Below, piece after piece: positions 1 through 13,960 of a DNA stretch of 64,000 nt. The position numbers were made by a program, and so were the translations under genes. Origin of the DNA: Octopus vulgaris (taxonomy: Eukaryota); assembly GCA_951406725.2 (NCBI GenBank), contig OX597816.1, positions 30,380,001 through 30,444,000 of the forward strand, given 5' to 3'. The notes under the pieces were generated by a model. It saw nothing but the letters and a program-made list of their open reading frames with translations. It did not search any database and was not told where the DNA came from. Numbering within the stretch: the first letter of the stretch is position 1; the number at the start of each line of letters is the position of its first letter.

Positions 1-917
1 AGTCAGCCCAAATTCAACAGAACCACAATCAAAAGCAGTCCAACCATGACCATTCCAAACGTATTGCAGTTGGGACTATATTATTTAATATGTTCCTTTT
101 TAAGACACTCTGGTGTGATTTTAGGAAGATTTAGCTGCTATTGCTCACACAGCAAATGAATCATATTAAGATTCTTACATTGGCTTATATTGTCACCCTG
201 ACCATTTGGCTGGGTAGGTTGACAAAGTTAATAGAGGGTTGAATATTAGAAGGGTGTAGTTTTTCAACTATAGATCAGCTCTGACTGAAGAAACCTATGA
301 TAGCAACCATCCTGTTCTTACTGGTATATCTAGAGTTATGTTATTCAATGCATCTTTTTCTCTTTCCAGCATGTTAGGGTGTAAATTAAAGTAGATTTGG
401 CTACTATTTCTAGCAATTTGAGCACAATGTAGAGGCTGCCTGATTATGTATATAGAAAAAGAGATTCTGTACTGGATTTATAATTGATGGTTGAGGTTCG
501 TAAAATGAACTTCTTTATACGCAGTAATATACATAGATGCACCACACCCATACATATATGAAAACTATAATGTCATGCTTTTGATTAAATAAACAGCTCC
601 CAAAGAACTCCTTTTGGGAATCCAAAGTGTTATTATAGTTAAAATAACATTAATGAGGACTTCATTGTTTGTCCAACCTAAGTTACATTTCTAAAAACTG
701 CGAGACTTTTTGTTGTGTGGTTGTTGCTGTTTAACAACTCCGCCCCACAAGTCACTTCTAACCCAGCAGAACTATAATTAAAGGCATTTCAGTCCTTACC
801 ATATATTTTTAAGGGTATTTATGACCACATTATCTAAAATCCCTTTACTTAACACAATATTGTTATGTTTGATTTGAGGGAGATTTGGCAGCTATTTCTA
901 GCTGGTCAGTTGATCAT

Positions 918-1250
918 CCGGAACTTTTCGGTTTGAACGGCAGCTTTTAACATAATTTCTAGGTAACTAAAAAATTTTAAACTTCTTGGCTTTATTGAGA
1001 AAATTCTATAGTTTGTAAGATATTTGTTGTTTTTTTTCTTCAATTTCTGTAATTTCAACCAATCACTGACGTCCATTGAGGTAAAAAACATTCTGTGCCA
1101 TATGAATATGTCCCTCGTTTAAGAAACAGATTGGGTTTATTTAAATTTGTGAAGAAAAAAGATACCCTTCCCACCACCCCTAACCCTAACCTTAACTAAC
1201 CCTGACTAACCCTAACCCTAAAACAGATTGAAATGCAATAGATCGATACT
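918..1250. mobile_element. Partial copy of GGATCTTTTCGGTTTGAACGG-TIR MITE family
   Basis: Inverted partial match to the complete copy at 35317-35735, including its internal CCCTAA repeats. Confidence 0.75.
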
Positions 1251-3010
1251 CAGTATATAGAGACGGACAAAATGCCATTTTGCCATGTGTAGTAATGATT
1301 CTGCCAGCTTGCCGCATTAGTTTGATCTAATATTGTTACCAATTCTTTCTTAGATTTTCTATGATATTTCCCAATAATTAGTGGATTTTCTATCATTCCT
1401 ATTGATGAGCATTTGGTTGTTTCACTCACTGAATTGGTACTTGTGAAGGTAACATTTAAGTGATTGAGTATTCCACAGATACATGTACCCTTCATGCAAT
1501 TTTCAAATGGAATCAATGTGAAACACCAAATAACAGATCAGTGTTTCAGTGCTTAGCTTCTTCTTAGTTTTGTCACAAGCCTACACACTTATTAGGAAGT
1601 AGCTTATCACAGTTTCTATGGCTTATAAGCAATCAAGAGTTCAATACCCGCTATCCCCTACATGATTGGTGGATAGTGTTTATTGCAGGGTTAATCCCCA
1701 CCTGTTACAGATACTCATTTTTCAGCAGAGTGTACTGAGTACCATGAAGTGAAGTGTTTGGTTCAAGAGTACAACATGTCTTTTGTGGAGTGCTCAGCCA
1801 CTTGTATCTTGATTTTACGAGCAGGCTGCTCTGTTGATCGGATTAATGGAACCTTCATCACCCTAACTGACAGAATGTCTGTTTTTCCTTCATTGTTTCT
1901 GTTTTTGGATGTTATTTCCGTCTACAGCTGTGTGGAGCCCCTTTCTTGATCTGATTATCTACAGAGGAATTTTTGAAATTATGACTTTATGAGCACGAGT
2001 CCCAACACTCTAACTGCTATGTCATACCTTATAGATAGCTACAATTTCCTTTAATACACTACAAATAGTCTTGCATTCTTTTGAGAAAACAATTATTTTA
2101 TTACATTTATATATGACAAAAGAGGATCCCCATAAACTGGTTACAATATAAACAAAACTGAAAATATAATGAAATAAAATACACAGATAAATAAACAAAT
2201 GGAAGTAAATAACTATATACATTAAAAAAAAATTCTTTTTAATTTTTAAATTTTTAAATTTTTATTTTTCTATTATTATTATTACTAATATTGTTGTTAT
2301 ACATACATACATGCAAGCATACGTAATAATAATAATAATGATAATGATAATAATAATGATGATAATAATAATAATAATAATAAGTGGGTGTAAACACATG
2401 ACCAAAATAAGAATAAAAAAAAACAAAAACAAATTACACGAACGTATATAAACAGAAGATAAAAATATTACAGGCATCCCCCCCACACACACTAACTAAA
2501 CATAGACGCACATAGAGATATACTCATGCGCAAATGAAGACACATACAACAGAAATACAAAATGGCAGACGGTTAGTAAGGAGAGACACACAAATAAGAA
2601 AGAAGAAAGCAAAGGACCACTGATGTGGTCACAGGAGTGTGACAAAAGAACTCTGGCCGAAATAAGATTAAGATTAATGTAAAAAATAAATAACACTGAA
2701 GCAAAGTAACACCAAATATATAGTGCATGTGTTTTTATTGGTTAAACTGGCAAACTGACCATTCCGAAATACAACAATAATTATTTTATATTTAGGCAAA
2801 ACGCTAGCAATATTGCAGCAAATGAGGGCTTGTTAATACTAATGACTAGTATTTTGTTACATCTATCACTGGGGGATAAAAGACCAAGATGATATTAGCC
2901 AGATTTGAAATCAGGATGTAAAAAGCTGGAAAAAATGTGGCAAAGAATTTCGTTTGATACTCTAATAATTTTGCCAGTACCCTACCTTAATTCTATCGAA
3001 TTTATAGTGA

Positions 3011-3407
3011 ACTAGCAGTATCGCCCGGCGTTGCTCGGGTTTGTAAGGGAAATAACTATATAAGCATTTTTAGAGAGGTAAAGTATAATAGCCATCTCAA
3101 TATGGCTAACCACAAAGGGGGGGTGTTACTGTAGCTTTTTACGTTCTGAGATTTAATAATAAATTTTTAGAGAGTTACTTCCCTTATATAAGCCAAAAAT
3201 GCATTAAAAATGGGAAAAATTGATGGTAATTTTTTTTTTAAATCGTAGACCCATTGTAGACACGTGCTAATACCCAGAAGGGCTTGATATGAATCACAAC
3301 TATAAGATACCCGGTTTTGGTTAAACTGCACCGCAAAATGTGGGAGTAGTTAGGAATCTAAATCGTAAGAGACAGACAGCACACAACCTCACTTTTATAT
3401 ATAAAGA
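3011..3407 (+). mobile_element. Helentron/HINE (DINE-like) non-autonomous element
   Basis: Starts actagcagtatcgcccggcgttgctcggg (short sub-terminal palindrome) and ends cttttatatataaaga; related ends at 48981 and about 50493. Confidence 0.55.
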
Positions 3408-3443
3408 CATTGACCAGTAAACACTTTACCACAGATCAAACAT

Positions 3444-3649
3444 CTTTACTCTTTTACTTGTTTCAGTCATTTGACTGTGGCCATGCTGGAGCACCACATT
3501 CAGTCGAGCAAATCGAACCCAGGACTTATTCTTTGTAAGCCCAGTACTTATTCTATCAGTCTCTTTTGCCGAAACGCTAAGTTCCAGGGATGTAAACACA
3601 CCAGCATCGGTTGTCAACTTATGTTGGGGGGATAAACACAGACACACAA

Positions 3650-3685
<36 letters not shown>

Positions 3686-3914
3686 ATATATATATATACA
3701 CACACACGCACACATACACATATATATATATACACACACACATATATATATAACGGGCTTCTTTCAGTTTCCGTCTACCAAATCCACTCATAAGGCTTTG
3801 GTTGACCCAAGGCTATAGTGGAAGACACCTGCCCAAGGTGCCACGCAGTGGGACTGAACCTGGAACCATGTGTCTCATAAGCAAGCTACTTACCACACAG
3901 CCACTCCTATGCCT
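3444..3914 (-). mobile_element. tRNA-derived SINE family A (internal CA/TA microsatellite, GTAAAAGA tail)
   Basis: Head ggcgcaggagtggctgtgtggtaag...ggttcagtccc with A/B-box-like motifs; many copies in the window. Confidence 0.85.
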
Positions 3915-4216
3915 ATGGTAAAATTTTGCTCAGACTTTATAATTCAGCTACATGACAATAAAAAATGACAAATAATTATAAGACAAGATACAAAATAACA
4001 TGAAAAGCTACAGATGCGAAAGAGAATCGGGTAGAATCATTAGCACGTGGAGCACAATGCTTAGTGGCATTTTGTCTGTCATTAAGTTCTCAGTTCAAAT
4101 ACTTCCAAGGTTGACTTTGCGTTTGATCGTTTTGGGGTTGTTAAAATAAGTTCTAGTTGAGCACTGAAGTCAATGTAATCAACTTGTCCCCAACCCCGAA
4201 ACTGCTGGTATTGTGC

Positions 4217-4444
4217 GGCAAGCTGGCAGAATCGTTAGCACGCCAGGCGAAATGCTTAGCGATATTTCGTCTGCTGTTATGTTGTGAGTTCAAATTCCGC
4301 CGATGTCGACTTTACCTTTCATCCTTTCGGGGTTGATACATTAAGTACCAGTTACGCATTGGGGTCGATGTAATCGACTTAATCCGTTTGTCTATCCTTG
4401 TTTGTCCCCTCTGTGTTTAGCCCCTTGTGGGTAGTAAAGAAATA
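4217..4444 (+). mobile_element. SINE family B nested in an older family-B copy
   Basis: ggcaagctggcagaatcgttagc head, gtcgactttacctttcatcctttcgggg core, aaagaaata tail; TSD ggtattgtgc at 4207-4216 and 4445-4454. Confidence 0.8.
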
Positions 4445-4831
4445 GGTATTGTGCCAAAATTTGAAACCAATATTTTGACATTGTCTTAAGGTGGTGAGCT
4501 GGAAGAATTGTTAGCACACTGGGTAAAATGCTGAGTGGCCCTTTTGTCTGCTGTTATGTTCTGAGTTCTGATTTCATGGAGGTTGACCTAACATTTTAGG
4601 GTCATTAAAATTAGTACCAGTTCGGCACTGGATTCACTGTAATTGACTTTGACTTATCCCTTCCTTTGAAATTGCTACCCTTGTGCCAAAATTTTAAAGT
4701 CAAAATTTTGTATTTTTTTTTATATAATTAATGAGCCACTATGGTATTGATAGACCTGACCATAGTTTTCTTTAGAAAATTGAGACCGATGTGGCTAATA
4801 GAAGTTTCAAGTGACAGACTGCTGATATTTG

Positions 4832-5098
4832 TGGAGGCGCGTGGCCTAGTGGTTAGGATGTCAGCACTATGATCGTAAGATTGCGGTTTCAATTCCTGGA
4901 CCGGGTGACACGTGTTCTTGAGCAAAACAATTCATTTCACGTTGCTCCAGTCCACTCAGCTGGCAAAAATGAGTAATGTTGCAATGGACTGGTGTTCTAT
5001 CCAGCCGGGGAACACATATGCCATAGAAACCGGGAAACCGGGCCCATGAGACTGGCCAGGTTAGGCTTTAAAAAGGCGCATTTATTTTATTTTTTTTA
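4832..5098 (+). mobile_element. tRNA-derived SINE family E
   Basis: tggcctagtggttagg A-box and ggtttcaattcc B-box; 12-bp TSD tgctgatatttg at 4820-4831 and 5099-5110. Confidence 0.8.
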
Positions 5099-5470
5099 TG
5101 CTGATATTTGCATAAATGCTGATATTTGCATAAAGGTGAGGGCAGTGAATGTATTGTCATTATGAGGAAACACCCACTTTTATGTAAGGTATATAGAAAT
5201 GTGTGTGGGAAGTGAATTTAAATTGCACTGGTGTAAAACATTCACTTCTTTGGATGAAGTAGAGCATTATTTTTTTAACAAAAGTGTATTGTCAACTGAA
5301 TCAGTCGCAACTGTGTAAATAGTTTCTGGCTTACCAAGCTATATTTTTGTGTAGGAGGACGAGTAGGAATTTATGAAAAGAGGAGTGTAGATTCGGAAGA
5401 CCTCAGTTTCTGTGTGAGTTAAACAGGGAAGTACTCTGCACTGTATTGTAGCGGTGGGTATGATAGCAAT

Positions 5471-5471
5471 G

Positions 5472-5517
<46 letters not shown>

Positions 5518-6112
5518 CAGCAGTGGTAGTGGTGGTGGTGGTGGTGGTGGTGGTGGTGGTAGTAGTGGTAATGGTGGTAGTAGTAGTAGTAATAGTAGTA
5601 GTAGTAGTTGTAATAGTAGTAATAGTAGTTGTGGTGGTGGTAGTAGTAGTAGTAGTGATGGTAGTGGTGGTGGTGGTTGTGGTGGTAGCAGTGGTAGTGG
5701 TAGTAATAGTAGTGGTGGTGACGGTGGTGGTAGTAGTAGTAGTAGTAGTGGTGGTGGTGGTGGTGGTAGTGGTAGTAGCAGTGGTAGTGGTAGTAATAGT
5801 AGTGGTGGTGACGGTGGTGGTAGTAGTAGTAGTGGTGGTGGTGGTGGTGGTAGTGGTAGTAGTAGTGGTAGTGGTAGTAATAGTAGTGGTGGTGACGGTG
5901 GTGGTAGTAGTAGTAGTAGTAGTAGTGGTAGTGGTAGTAATAGTAGTGGTGGTGACGGTGGTGGTAGTAGTAGTAGTAGTAGTGGTGGTGGTGGTGGTGG
6001 TAGTGGTAGTAGTAGTGGTAGTGGTAGTAATAGTAGTGGTGGTGACGGTGGAGGTAGTAGTAGTAGTAGTGACTGTGGCGGCAGTGGCGGTGGTGGTGGT
6101 GGTGGTGGTTGT
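5471..6112. repeat. Compound (GTA)n/(GTG)n microsatellite with a higher-order unit
   Basis: Seen directly; gtggtagtggtagtaatagtagtggtggtgacggtgg recurs five times. Confidence 0.95.
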
Positions 6113-6347
6113 AGAATTGTTGATATTATTGGTAGGGATGTTGTTGAGGGGCCGATAATGATGGCAATGCCAGTATGATAATGTGTGTAGTAGATATAGT
6201 GAGAGGGAGGTGGAGCTGTTTAACGAGGAAACGATTTATGGATGCAAGGCAAATAAAAGTAAGGTGCATCACGTGTCCTTGGGTGTATGTGATATCCAGT
6301 TTGTTATTCTACAGAACAATGATTGTTGTAATTAGTAATAATAAAGA

Positions 6348-6755
6348 GGCGTAGGAGTGGCTGTGTGGTAAGTAGCTTGCTTACCAATCACATGGTTCCG
6401 GGTTCAGTCCTACTGCATGACACCTTGGGCAAGTGTCTTCTACTATAGCCTCAGGCTGACCAAAGCCTTGTGAGTGGATTTGGTAGACGGAAACTGAAAG
6501 AAGCCCGTCGTATATATGTGTATATGTGTGTGTGTGTTTGTGTGTCTGTGTTTGTCCCCATCCCCCCAACATCGCTTGACAACCGATGTTGGTGTGTTTA
6601 TGTCCCCGTAACTTAGCGGTTCGGAAAAAGAGACCGATAGAATAAGTACTAGGCTTACAAAGAATAAGTCCTGGAGTCGATTTGCTCGACTAATAGGCGG
6701 TGCTCCTGCATGGCCACAGTCACATGACTGAAACAAGTAAAAGAGTAAAAGAGTA
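6348..6755 (+). mobile_element. SINE family A, full length
   Basis: Same head and tail as 3444-3914. Confidence 0.85.
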
Positions 6756-7369
6756 GGTAGAAAGAAGAAACAGAACATCTCTGAGCTACAGATAACAGAG
6801 TTATCTGGTTGGTGAGTGAGTATTTGTTAATCAGTGGAAAGGCCATTTTTGGATATATTCTAATTTACAAGAGTCGGTTGCAGCATCACCCAGTCTCCTC
6901 AGCCAGGAATTTTGCTTTTAATGGTATTAACCTATCAATCTGTATGACTTTCTATAGGCATAATGTTTTCTGATTAATATCAGAAATTTTGTGGGATTTT
7001 TAACCCTACTCTCTGATCCCACCACATCACTCTAGGTCTGATTGGTACTTTGCACCAGCCACAGATTTAGTCTGTGGTACCTTAAGCTTCCAAATCCTTC
7101 TTTTCCAGATTGGTTTGTTTTTTTTTTAATTTCTTTTGGCCTGACATCTATAGTCACCAATGACTAGTCTATGTTGGTGGATACATTCTTCACCAGAGAA
7201 AGTTTTTGCATTTATGAGCAATCATGTAACTTGTAGTCTGGTGAGAATGTAACCAATCTGGATGTAATCAATCTGGCTAGCATGGTCACCTGATTGATAG
7301 GTTATGAAGTGATTGGCTCACTTCCTGAAGTTGGCGTTGCAGATCATTAGGTTGTTCATGTCACAGAAC

Positions 7370-7485
7370 ACCTGTAGCCAGTGAGACATGGACTGCGATT
7401 ACTGAAGAAATGCGAAGCATTGGAAGAGATGAATCCAGTATGCTCCACTGGATGGGTAATGTCAGTATGCATATACAACAGAGAC
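7370..7485 (+). pseudogene. RTE-clade LINE reverse transcriptase remnant
   Basis: Translates SETWTAITEEMRSIGRDESSMLHWMGNVS, resembling the RTE post-RT SETW...MLRWM motif. Confidence 0.55.
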
Positions 7486-8060
7486 AAAGAGAGAGAGTGT
7501 GTGTGTGTGTGTATGTGTATGGTGATGCTCATTTACAAGTATAATATGTTGTCAAGACAAAGAGACAAAAAGACACACAAATACATACATGTGTGTGTGT
7601 GTCTGTCTCCTTGTCTTGAAATCCTATGATATTTGTGAATGAGTATCACAATCAGGCAAGCAGTGCCCTTCTCTTCTAATCTTTCATCAAAACGCACCCA
7701 GCTATGGTGAAATATAATCATACTTGGAAACAGTTTAAGTTTCATGACAGGAAGAGCATCCAGCCATAGAAAATTTTCCCTGAACAAATTCTGTTCATCC
7801 CATACAAGCCTGGAAATGCGAGCTTGATGATGACAATGATGACATATGTGTATATATATATATATATATGTACGCTTACATACACATACACATGCATATT
7901 AACAATGAGCAACTGTGTAGGAGGATCAGTAGGAATTTATAAAAGAGGAGTGTAGATTCGGAAGATCTCAGTTACTGTGTGAGTTAAACAGGGAAGTAAT
8001 CTGCACTATATTGTAGCAGTGGGGATAATAGCAATGGTGGTGGTAGTAGTAGAAGTGTTG

Positions 8061-8092
<32 letters not shown>

Positions 8093-8105
8093 GGTGGTGG
8101 TAATG

Positions 8106-8168
<63 letters not shown>

Positions 8169-9304
8169 ATGGTGGTGATGGTGGTGGTGGTGGTAGTAGT
8201 AGTAGTAATAGTAAAAGTAGTAGTAGTCACATTTTGAAAGACCGGAAGGGAAGAAAAAAATATATATATATATATATAAAACATAATACCATGAATAGCG
8301 ATAGCGAAACTGGTCGATATATTAAAAGTTATATTAAAACTATGTAAGCACTCTTGCAAGCTACATTGATGCCTCATATACCCAATTTAATAAGACAGTT
8401 GCATCAAGAGACGATGAGCGATGGCTAGAAGGATATTGAGCTTTATTTGATAACCAGCTGATCTAGCAAGCAGCGCCTCATATCAGTGAGGTGGGGGCCG
8501 GAGCGCATTGATGCCGTCAAGAGGTAGGCCCTCAAACGATGCGCATTCTCTCCGGATTACCCCATACACGTGCTGGCATCCGGTATACAGAGCTTTTGAC
8601 TGGTAGCACTTGCATGTGCAAGTTGTTCGTAAGTCATCTTTTCTTTTCTTTCCGCTTGTTTCTGCCGTTAGATCACAGCTATTCTGGGGCAACACCTTGA
8701 AGAACTTTTTCTCAAATGAATCGACGCCAATGCTTATTTTATACTCTTAAGGCTGGTGCTTATTCAATCAGACCTATCTTTTTGCCAAACTGCTAATTTA
8801 CGGGGACTTAAACCCACCAACACTGGTCATCAGGTGGTGAGTGGGTGATGAACACCGACACAAAGCCACACACTTCGATATACATATACATATATATGGC
8901 AAATGAAAGACGGAAGATGGGACATATGAGAATTTATTATTAATCATGACAATTGTTTCAACACATCTAGCATCAATTCCTCGTGGGTGGGACACTCAGC
9001 AACTGGTTCAGGAGCATCCAGCGGTGCAGATGTATCTCGTTGGGTGATAAATAAATACAACTTGTTAAAATAACTGTTCCACAATGTAACTTTCTGTTTT
9101 GTGGAGATAAAAGCAGCCAGATAGAGGAAATATCTTCATTTATATAGAAGACAAAAAATAAATTCACAGATGGCAAAAAGGGAAATGAACACGCAATCCA
9201 GCGAGAAAAGTATTTTTAATGCATAATGATCACTGTGAAGTAGGCTAACAGGTGTAAACCATTCATTTTATTATCCATATATATATATACATATATATAT
9301 ACAC

Positions 9305-9335
<31 letters not shown>

Positions 9336-9670
9336 AATAAATATATATATATAGCACAGAATCACTCATCTTGCTACAGTCAAAAATTGTGAAGCATGAC
9401 TGTCAACACTACTACATGAACCCGAAGATAGAATTCAATGCATAAAGTACTAGTTCAATCAGAATGAATATTTAACATTCTACTATTTCATTTTATTTTA
9501 TTCAATTATAATATATTATCTTATAATATGTCATTATAAGATTGTAAATAAAACGTGAAAATCAGACAAGGTTGGAATTCTTTTTATTAATATATTCTTC
9601 TATACACAATCACACACACCCATATATATATATATCTATATATATATATATATATTTATATGTAGTTAAA

Positions 9671-9880
9671 GTTAATCCAAACAAGAAAGCACAAAAAAAC
9701 ACAACATGAGGACGTGGAACAAATATAGTATTATTGGACGCTCAGGAAAGAAGGAAAGAAGGAGGGTTTAACGTTTCGAGTGGATCTCTTCATCAGAAAC
9801 ATAGGAGAAGGAAAGATCCAGAGAAGGGAAGACAGAGGGAAAAAAATCGCCAACGGTACACACGCGGTCACATTTTGAAT
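9671..9880 (-). mobile_element. Penelope pLTR-like short element, family 1, carrying an HHR
   Basis: About 210 bp; copies at 34932-35141 and 44001-44213; all abut (TA)n tracts. Confidence 0.7.
9766..9800 (-). ncRNA. Minimal type-I hammerhead ribozyme
   Basis: Minus strand reads GTTT-CTGATGA-A-GAG(ATCCA)CTC-GAAA-CG-T-T-AAAC: stem I GTTT/AAAC, canonical core, palindromic ACGT stem III. Confidence 0.75.
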
Positions 9881-10936
9881 ATTCATATGTATGTATGTTT
9901 ATATATATATGTGTGTGTATATATATATATGTATATATATACGTGTGTATATATATATATACGTGTGTATATATATATATACGTGTGTGTGTGTGTGTAT
10001 ATAAGTATATATATATTTGTGACAAGCTTTTTTCAGTTTCTATGTACCAAATCCATTCACAAGGCTTTGGTTGTCCCAAGGCAATAACAGAAAACACTTG
10101 CTGAAGGTTCCACATAGTGGGATTGAACCCAGAACCATGTGGTTGGAAAGCAAGCTTCTTACCACACAGCTACACCTGTGCCTATATGAATGTATATCTA
10201 TTCATATATATATACACACACTTACAGATACACCCATTCATGTATGTATATATATATATGTATGCACACAAACACATACACAAACACACACACACACATA
10301 CTTGAATGGAGAGGAAAGCTAATAACAGAAGACAAGGAAGAGTTGAGTGCAAAAGAGGTGGAAACAGAGTAATCTTCAAAGTTCAGACATAGATTGATAG
10401 TTATTATACTTCTTTATAATTCATCCATTGATCCTAAATCTCAAATACCTTCTCAAACAATAGCTACACCATACAGCCATTCATTTGCTACTTTTACCTT
10501 TCATTTCTTTTTGCTTTACATTGTTATTAATATTAGATGATAAGGGGGATAGGGTTTGACAGACAATGTTATTTACCTGAGATAAATAACAATCTTACAC
10601 TTAAAGAAATCATCACGTTTCAGTTAAGCTTCTTGGAATACTTTCTGATTTTTCTTTCATTTCTTTCCTCATCTCATGTCATTCATTTTTTTTTTTGTCA
10701 ATGTATCTATATTTATATTCATTTACTTATTTAATTATTACTCTTGTTCATTTTGTCCCACCGCCCACATTTTTAACTCTTAATCTTATTTTATCCGCAA
10801 CCCTTCTTATTTCAGCCATCTATTCTGTAGTTTAATACGAAACACTGTGAAGTAGAGTTAAGTGTATTTCAGAATCCACCTGAATGCAGATTGGAAATAA
10901 TTTAGAAAAATGTGAAAAACAAACACTATATATATA

Positions 10937-11347
10937 GGCGCAGGAGTGGCTGTGTGGTAAGTAGCTTGCTAACCAACCACAAGGTTCCGGGTTCAGTCCT
11001 ACTGTGTGACATCTTGGGCAAGTCTCTTCTGTTATAGCCTCGGGCCGACCAATGCCTTGTGAGTGAATTTGGTAGACGGAAACTGAAAGAAGCCTGTCGT
11101 ATATATGTATATATAAATATATATGTGTATGTGTGTGTGTGTTTGTGTGTGTGTGTTTGTTCCCCTAGCATTGCTTGACAACTGATGCTGGTGTGTTTAC
11201 GTCCCCGTCACTTAGCGGTTCGGCAAAAGAGACCGATAGAATAAGTACTGTGCTTACAAAGAATAAGTCCCGGGGTAGATTTGCTCGACTAAAGGCGGTG
11301 CTCCAGCATGGCCGCAGTCAAATGACTGAAACAAGTAAAAGAGAGTA
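10937..11347 (+). mobile_element. SINE family A, full length
   Basis: Head and tail match; forms an inverted pair with 11594-11990. Confidence 0.85.
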
Positions 11348-11593
11348 ATATATTAATTTTACTTCATACTCTGAAATTCTGAGTTTAAAAACTTTTATTA
11401 AAAGGAAGGAAGAAAAATCATAACTCTGATATTTAAAGATATCACACTGCTAGTGTTTCAATTAAGTATAGTGAAGTTCTTGTTTGTCATCAATAGAGGA
11501 TCAAATTTATTTATGAATTAATTACTTAATAATTTTATTTTATTTGTTAATAGATTAAATCCAACTACAGCACTAATTGACTATCTGATATAC

Positions 11594-11990
11594 TCTTTTA
11601 CTCTTTTACTTGTTTCAGTCATTTGACTGTGGCCATGCTGGAGCTCCACCTTCAGTTGAGCAAATCGACCCCAGGACTTATTCTTTGGAAGCCTAGTACT
11701 TATTCTATTGGTCTCTTTTGCTGAACTGCTAGGTTACGGGGATGTAAACACACCACCATCGGTTGTCAAGTGATGTTGGGGGGACAAACACAGACGCAGA
11801 CACACACACACAATATATTTATATACACGACAGGCTTCTTTCAGTTTCCATCTACCAAATCCACTTACAAGGCATTGGTCAGCCCGGGGCTATAGCAGAA
11901 GACACTTGCCCAAGATGCCACGCAGTGGGACTGAACCCGGAACCATGTGGTTGGTTAGCAAGCTACTTACCACACAGCCACTCCTGCGCC
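11594..11990 (-). mobile_element. SINE family A, full length
   Basis: Head and tail match. Confidence 0.85.
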
Positions 11991-12092
11991 TAAAGTACTT
12001 TACTTTTTTCTTTCAATAAAGAGTTTTTTTTTTAATAAGGACAAAATATTGAAATATATTTTACTTTGTGTGTGCGCGTGTGTGTGTGTGTG

Positions 12093-12125
<33 letters not shown>

Positions 12126-12911
12126 ATGCGTACGTGTGTTCATGCGTTTCCACTCCATTATTACTAAATTTCATTGTAGTCGCTTTCTGAATCACTTTTA
12201 ACATCCATTCATATTTCGGCTTCCCTGCTTTTTTCTTTCATTAACATGCTTCCTTATTGATACTCTCACCTCTTTCATTCTATCTTTACTTCTTTTTCAT
12301 TTTTTTTTTATTCAATCCTTAATTCCTCCTTTCTCTCTTTGTCCTATTCTACCACTCGGATGATTTAAAACCTTTCTGTTATTTAAACTAAACTCTGCAA
12401 TTTTCTCTGCAGATGTTGAAGTAAAACTTAGCTATGATACATATGTCTTTGAAAATATGTTTTAGTACAGTAATGATGTACATATAAACTTGTCTATATA
12501 TATATATGTATTCCTACATACTTACATATATATTTACAAACATATATCCATACATATACACAAATGATATACAAATGTGTAAATGTATATACGTATGTAT
12601 ATGGAGAGTGGGGGTCAATGTGTAAATATGAGGTTTGTAAGATGATTAAAAGTGGCTTTGTAGATTCAGTCAGTACACATGTCTGGAAGGGACATCGGTA
12701 ATAATACTTTAATCCTGTTAAGCCAAGTAACCTTATATTTTTGCATACCACTCCGCATCACACAACTCTACAGTATGTGTATAGAAATACATACAGACAT
12801 GAAAATCTATGCATGTATATGTCTATAAGTACATGTAAGACATAAAAGAACCTGCCAATATTGTATATAGAAACATGTGTGTGTGTGAGTAAATATATAA
12901 ATATATATATG

Positions 12912-13060
<149 letters not shown>

Positions 13061-13666
13061 GTATATATATATATATTGTGCCTATGTGAAGTTGAATGTA
13101 TGCACATGTATGCCTGTGTATATATGTGTATGTTGTATGTGTTTGTATGTGTAGATATTGTATGTGAGGAATACGAATCAATTATATTTGCTAAGACAGC
13201 TAGGGCCAAGCTGATTGACAGACAGAACATACCTAAAGACATTTAGAATGAAAGAATGAGAGAATAGAATTCCATTTTAAGTTAAGACCAGTTAGCAACA
13301 GGCAGTTACTGTATTTTGGCTCAACTTGACAAATGGCATGATTCTTGGGTTTAATGCATTGCCTACTATAGGACATGACTAGGTTTGAAATATTACTAGA
13401 TAACTATTATCATTTACCTCTTGCTTGCTTCAGTCATTAAACTGTGGCCATGCTGGGGCACTACCTTGAAGAATTTTTAGTTGAATGAATCGACCCCCAG
13501 TACTTCATATTTTGTTAAGCCTGGTACTTATTCTATGAGTTTCTTTTGCTGAACTACTAAGTTATGGGGGTGTAAACACACCAACACCAGTTGTCATGCG
13601 GTGGTGAGGGTCACACACAGATACACATGCATATATATATATTCATACACCCCAACATACACTATG

Positions 13667-13707
<41 letters not shown>

Positions 13708-13711
<4 letters not shown>

Positions 13712-13960
13712 TCGTTTAACCTCAGCTTTCCATGCTAGCATGGGTTGGACGGTTCAACTGGGGTCTGTGAAGCCAGAAGGCTGCACCAGGCCCAGTCTGA
13801 TCTGGCAGTGTTTCTACAGCCGGATGCCCTTCTTAACGCCAACCACTCCGTGTGTGTAGTGGGTGCCTTTTACGTGCCACCGGCACAGGTGCCAGACAAG
13901 GCTGGCAACGGCCACGATCGGATGGTGCTTTTTATGTACCACCGGCACGGAGGCCAGACG
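13708..13960 (-). mobile_element. Retroposon family C (ccatgctagcatgg...cgttaaacgatgatgat tail; RTE-type 3' end)
   Basis: Copies also at 20490-20970(+), 22253-22555(+), 27522-27843(-), 31135-31430(-), 31520-31820(+). Confidence 0.75.

Noticed and set aside
1179-1220. CCCTAA repeats suggesting a telomere remnant
   Set aside because: Internal part of a dispersed MITE family
1354-1448. Exon-like segment with ag/gt boundaries
   Set aside because: Stop codons in all three + frames
5106-5131. Tandem ATTTGCAT octamer motifs
   Set aside because: Produced by an 18-bp duplication at a SINE TSD; no evidence of regulatory function
5454-6158. 234-aa poly-Val ORF and the many YI/CV/HT/poly-T ORFs in the track
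   Set aside because: Translations of di-, tri- and tetranucleotide microsatellites; no coding signal
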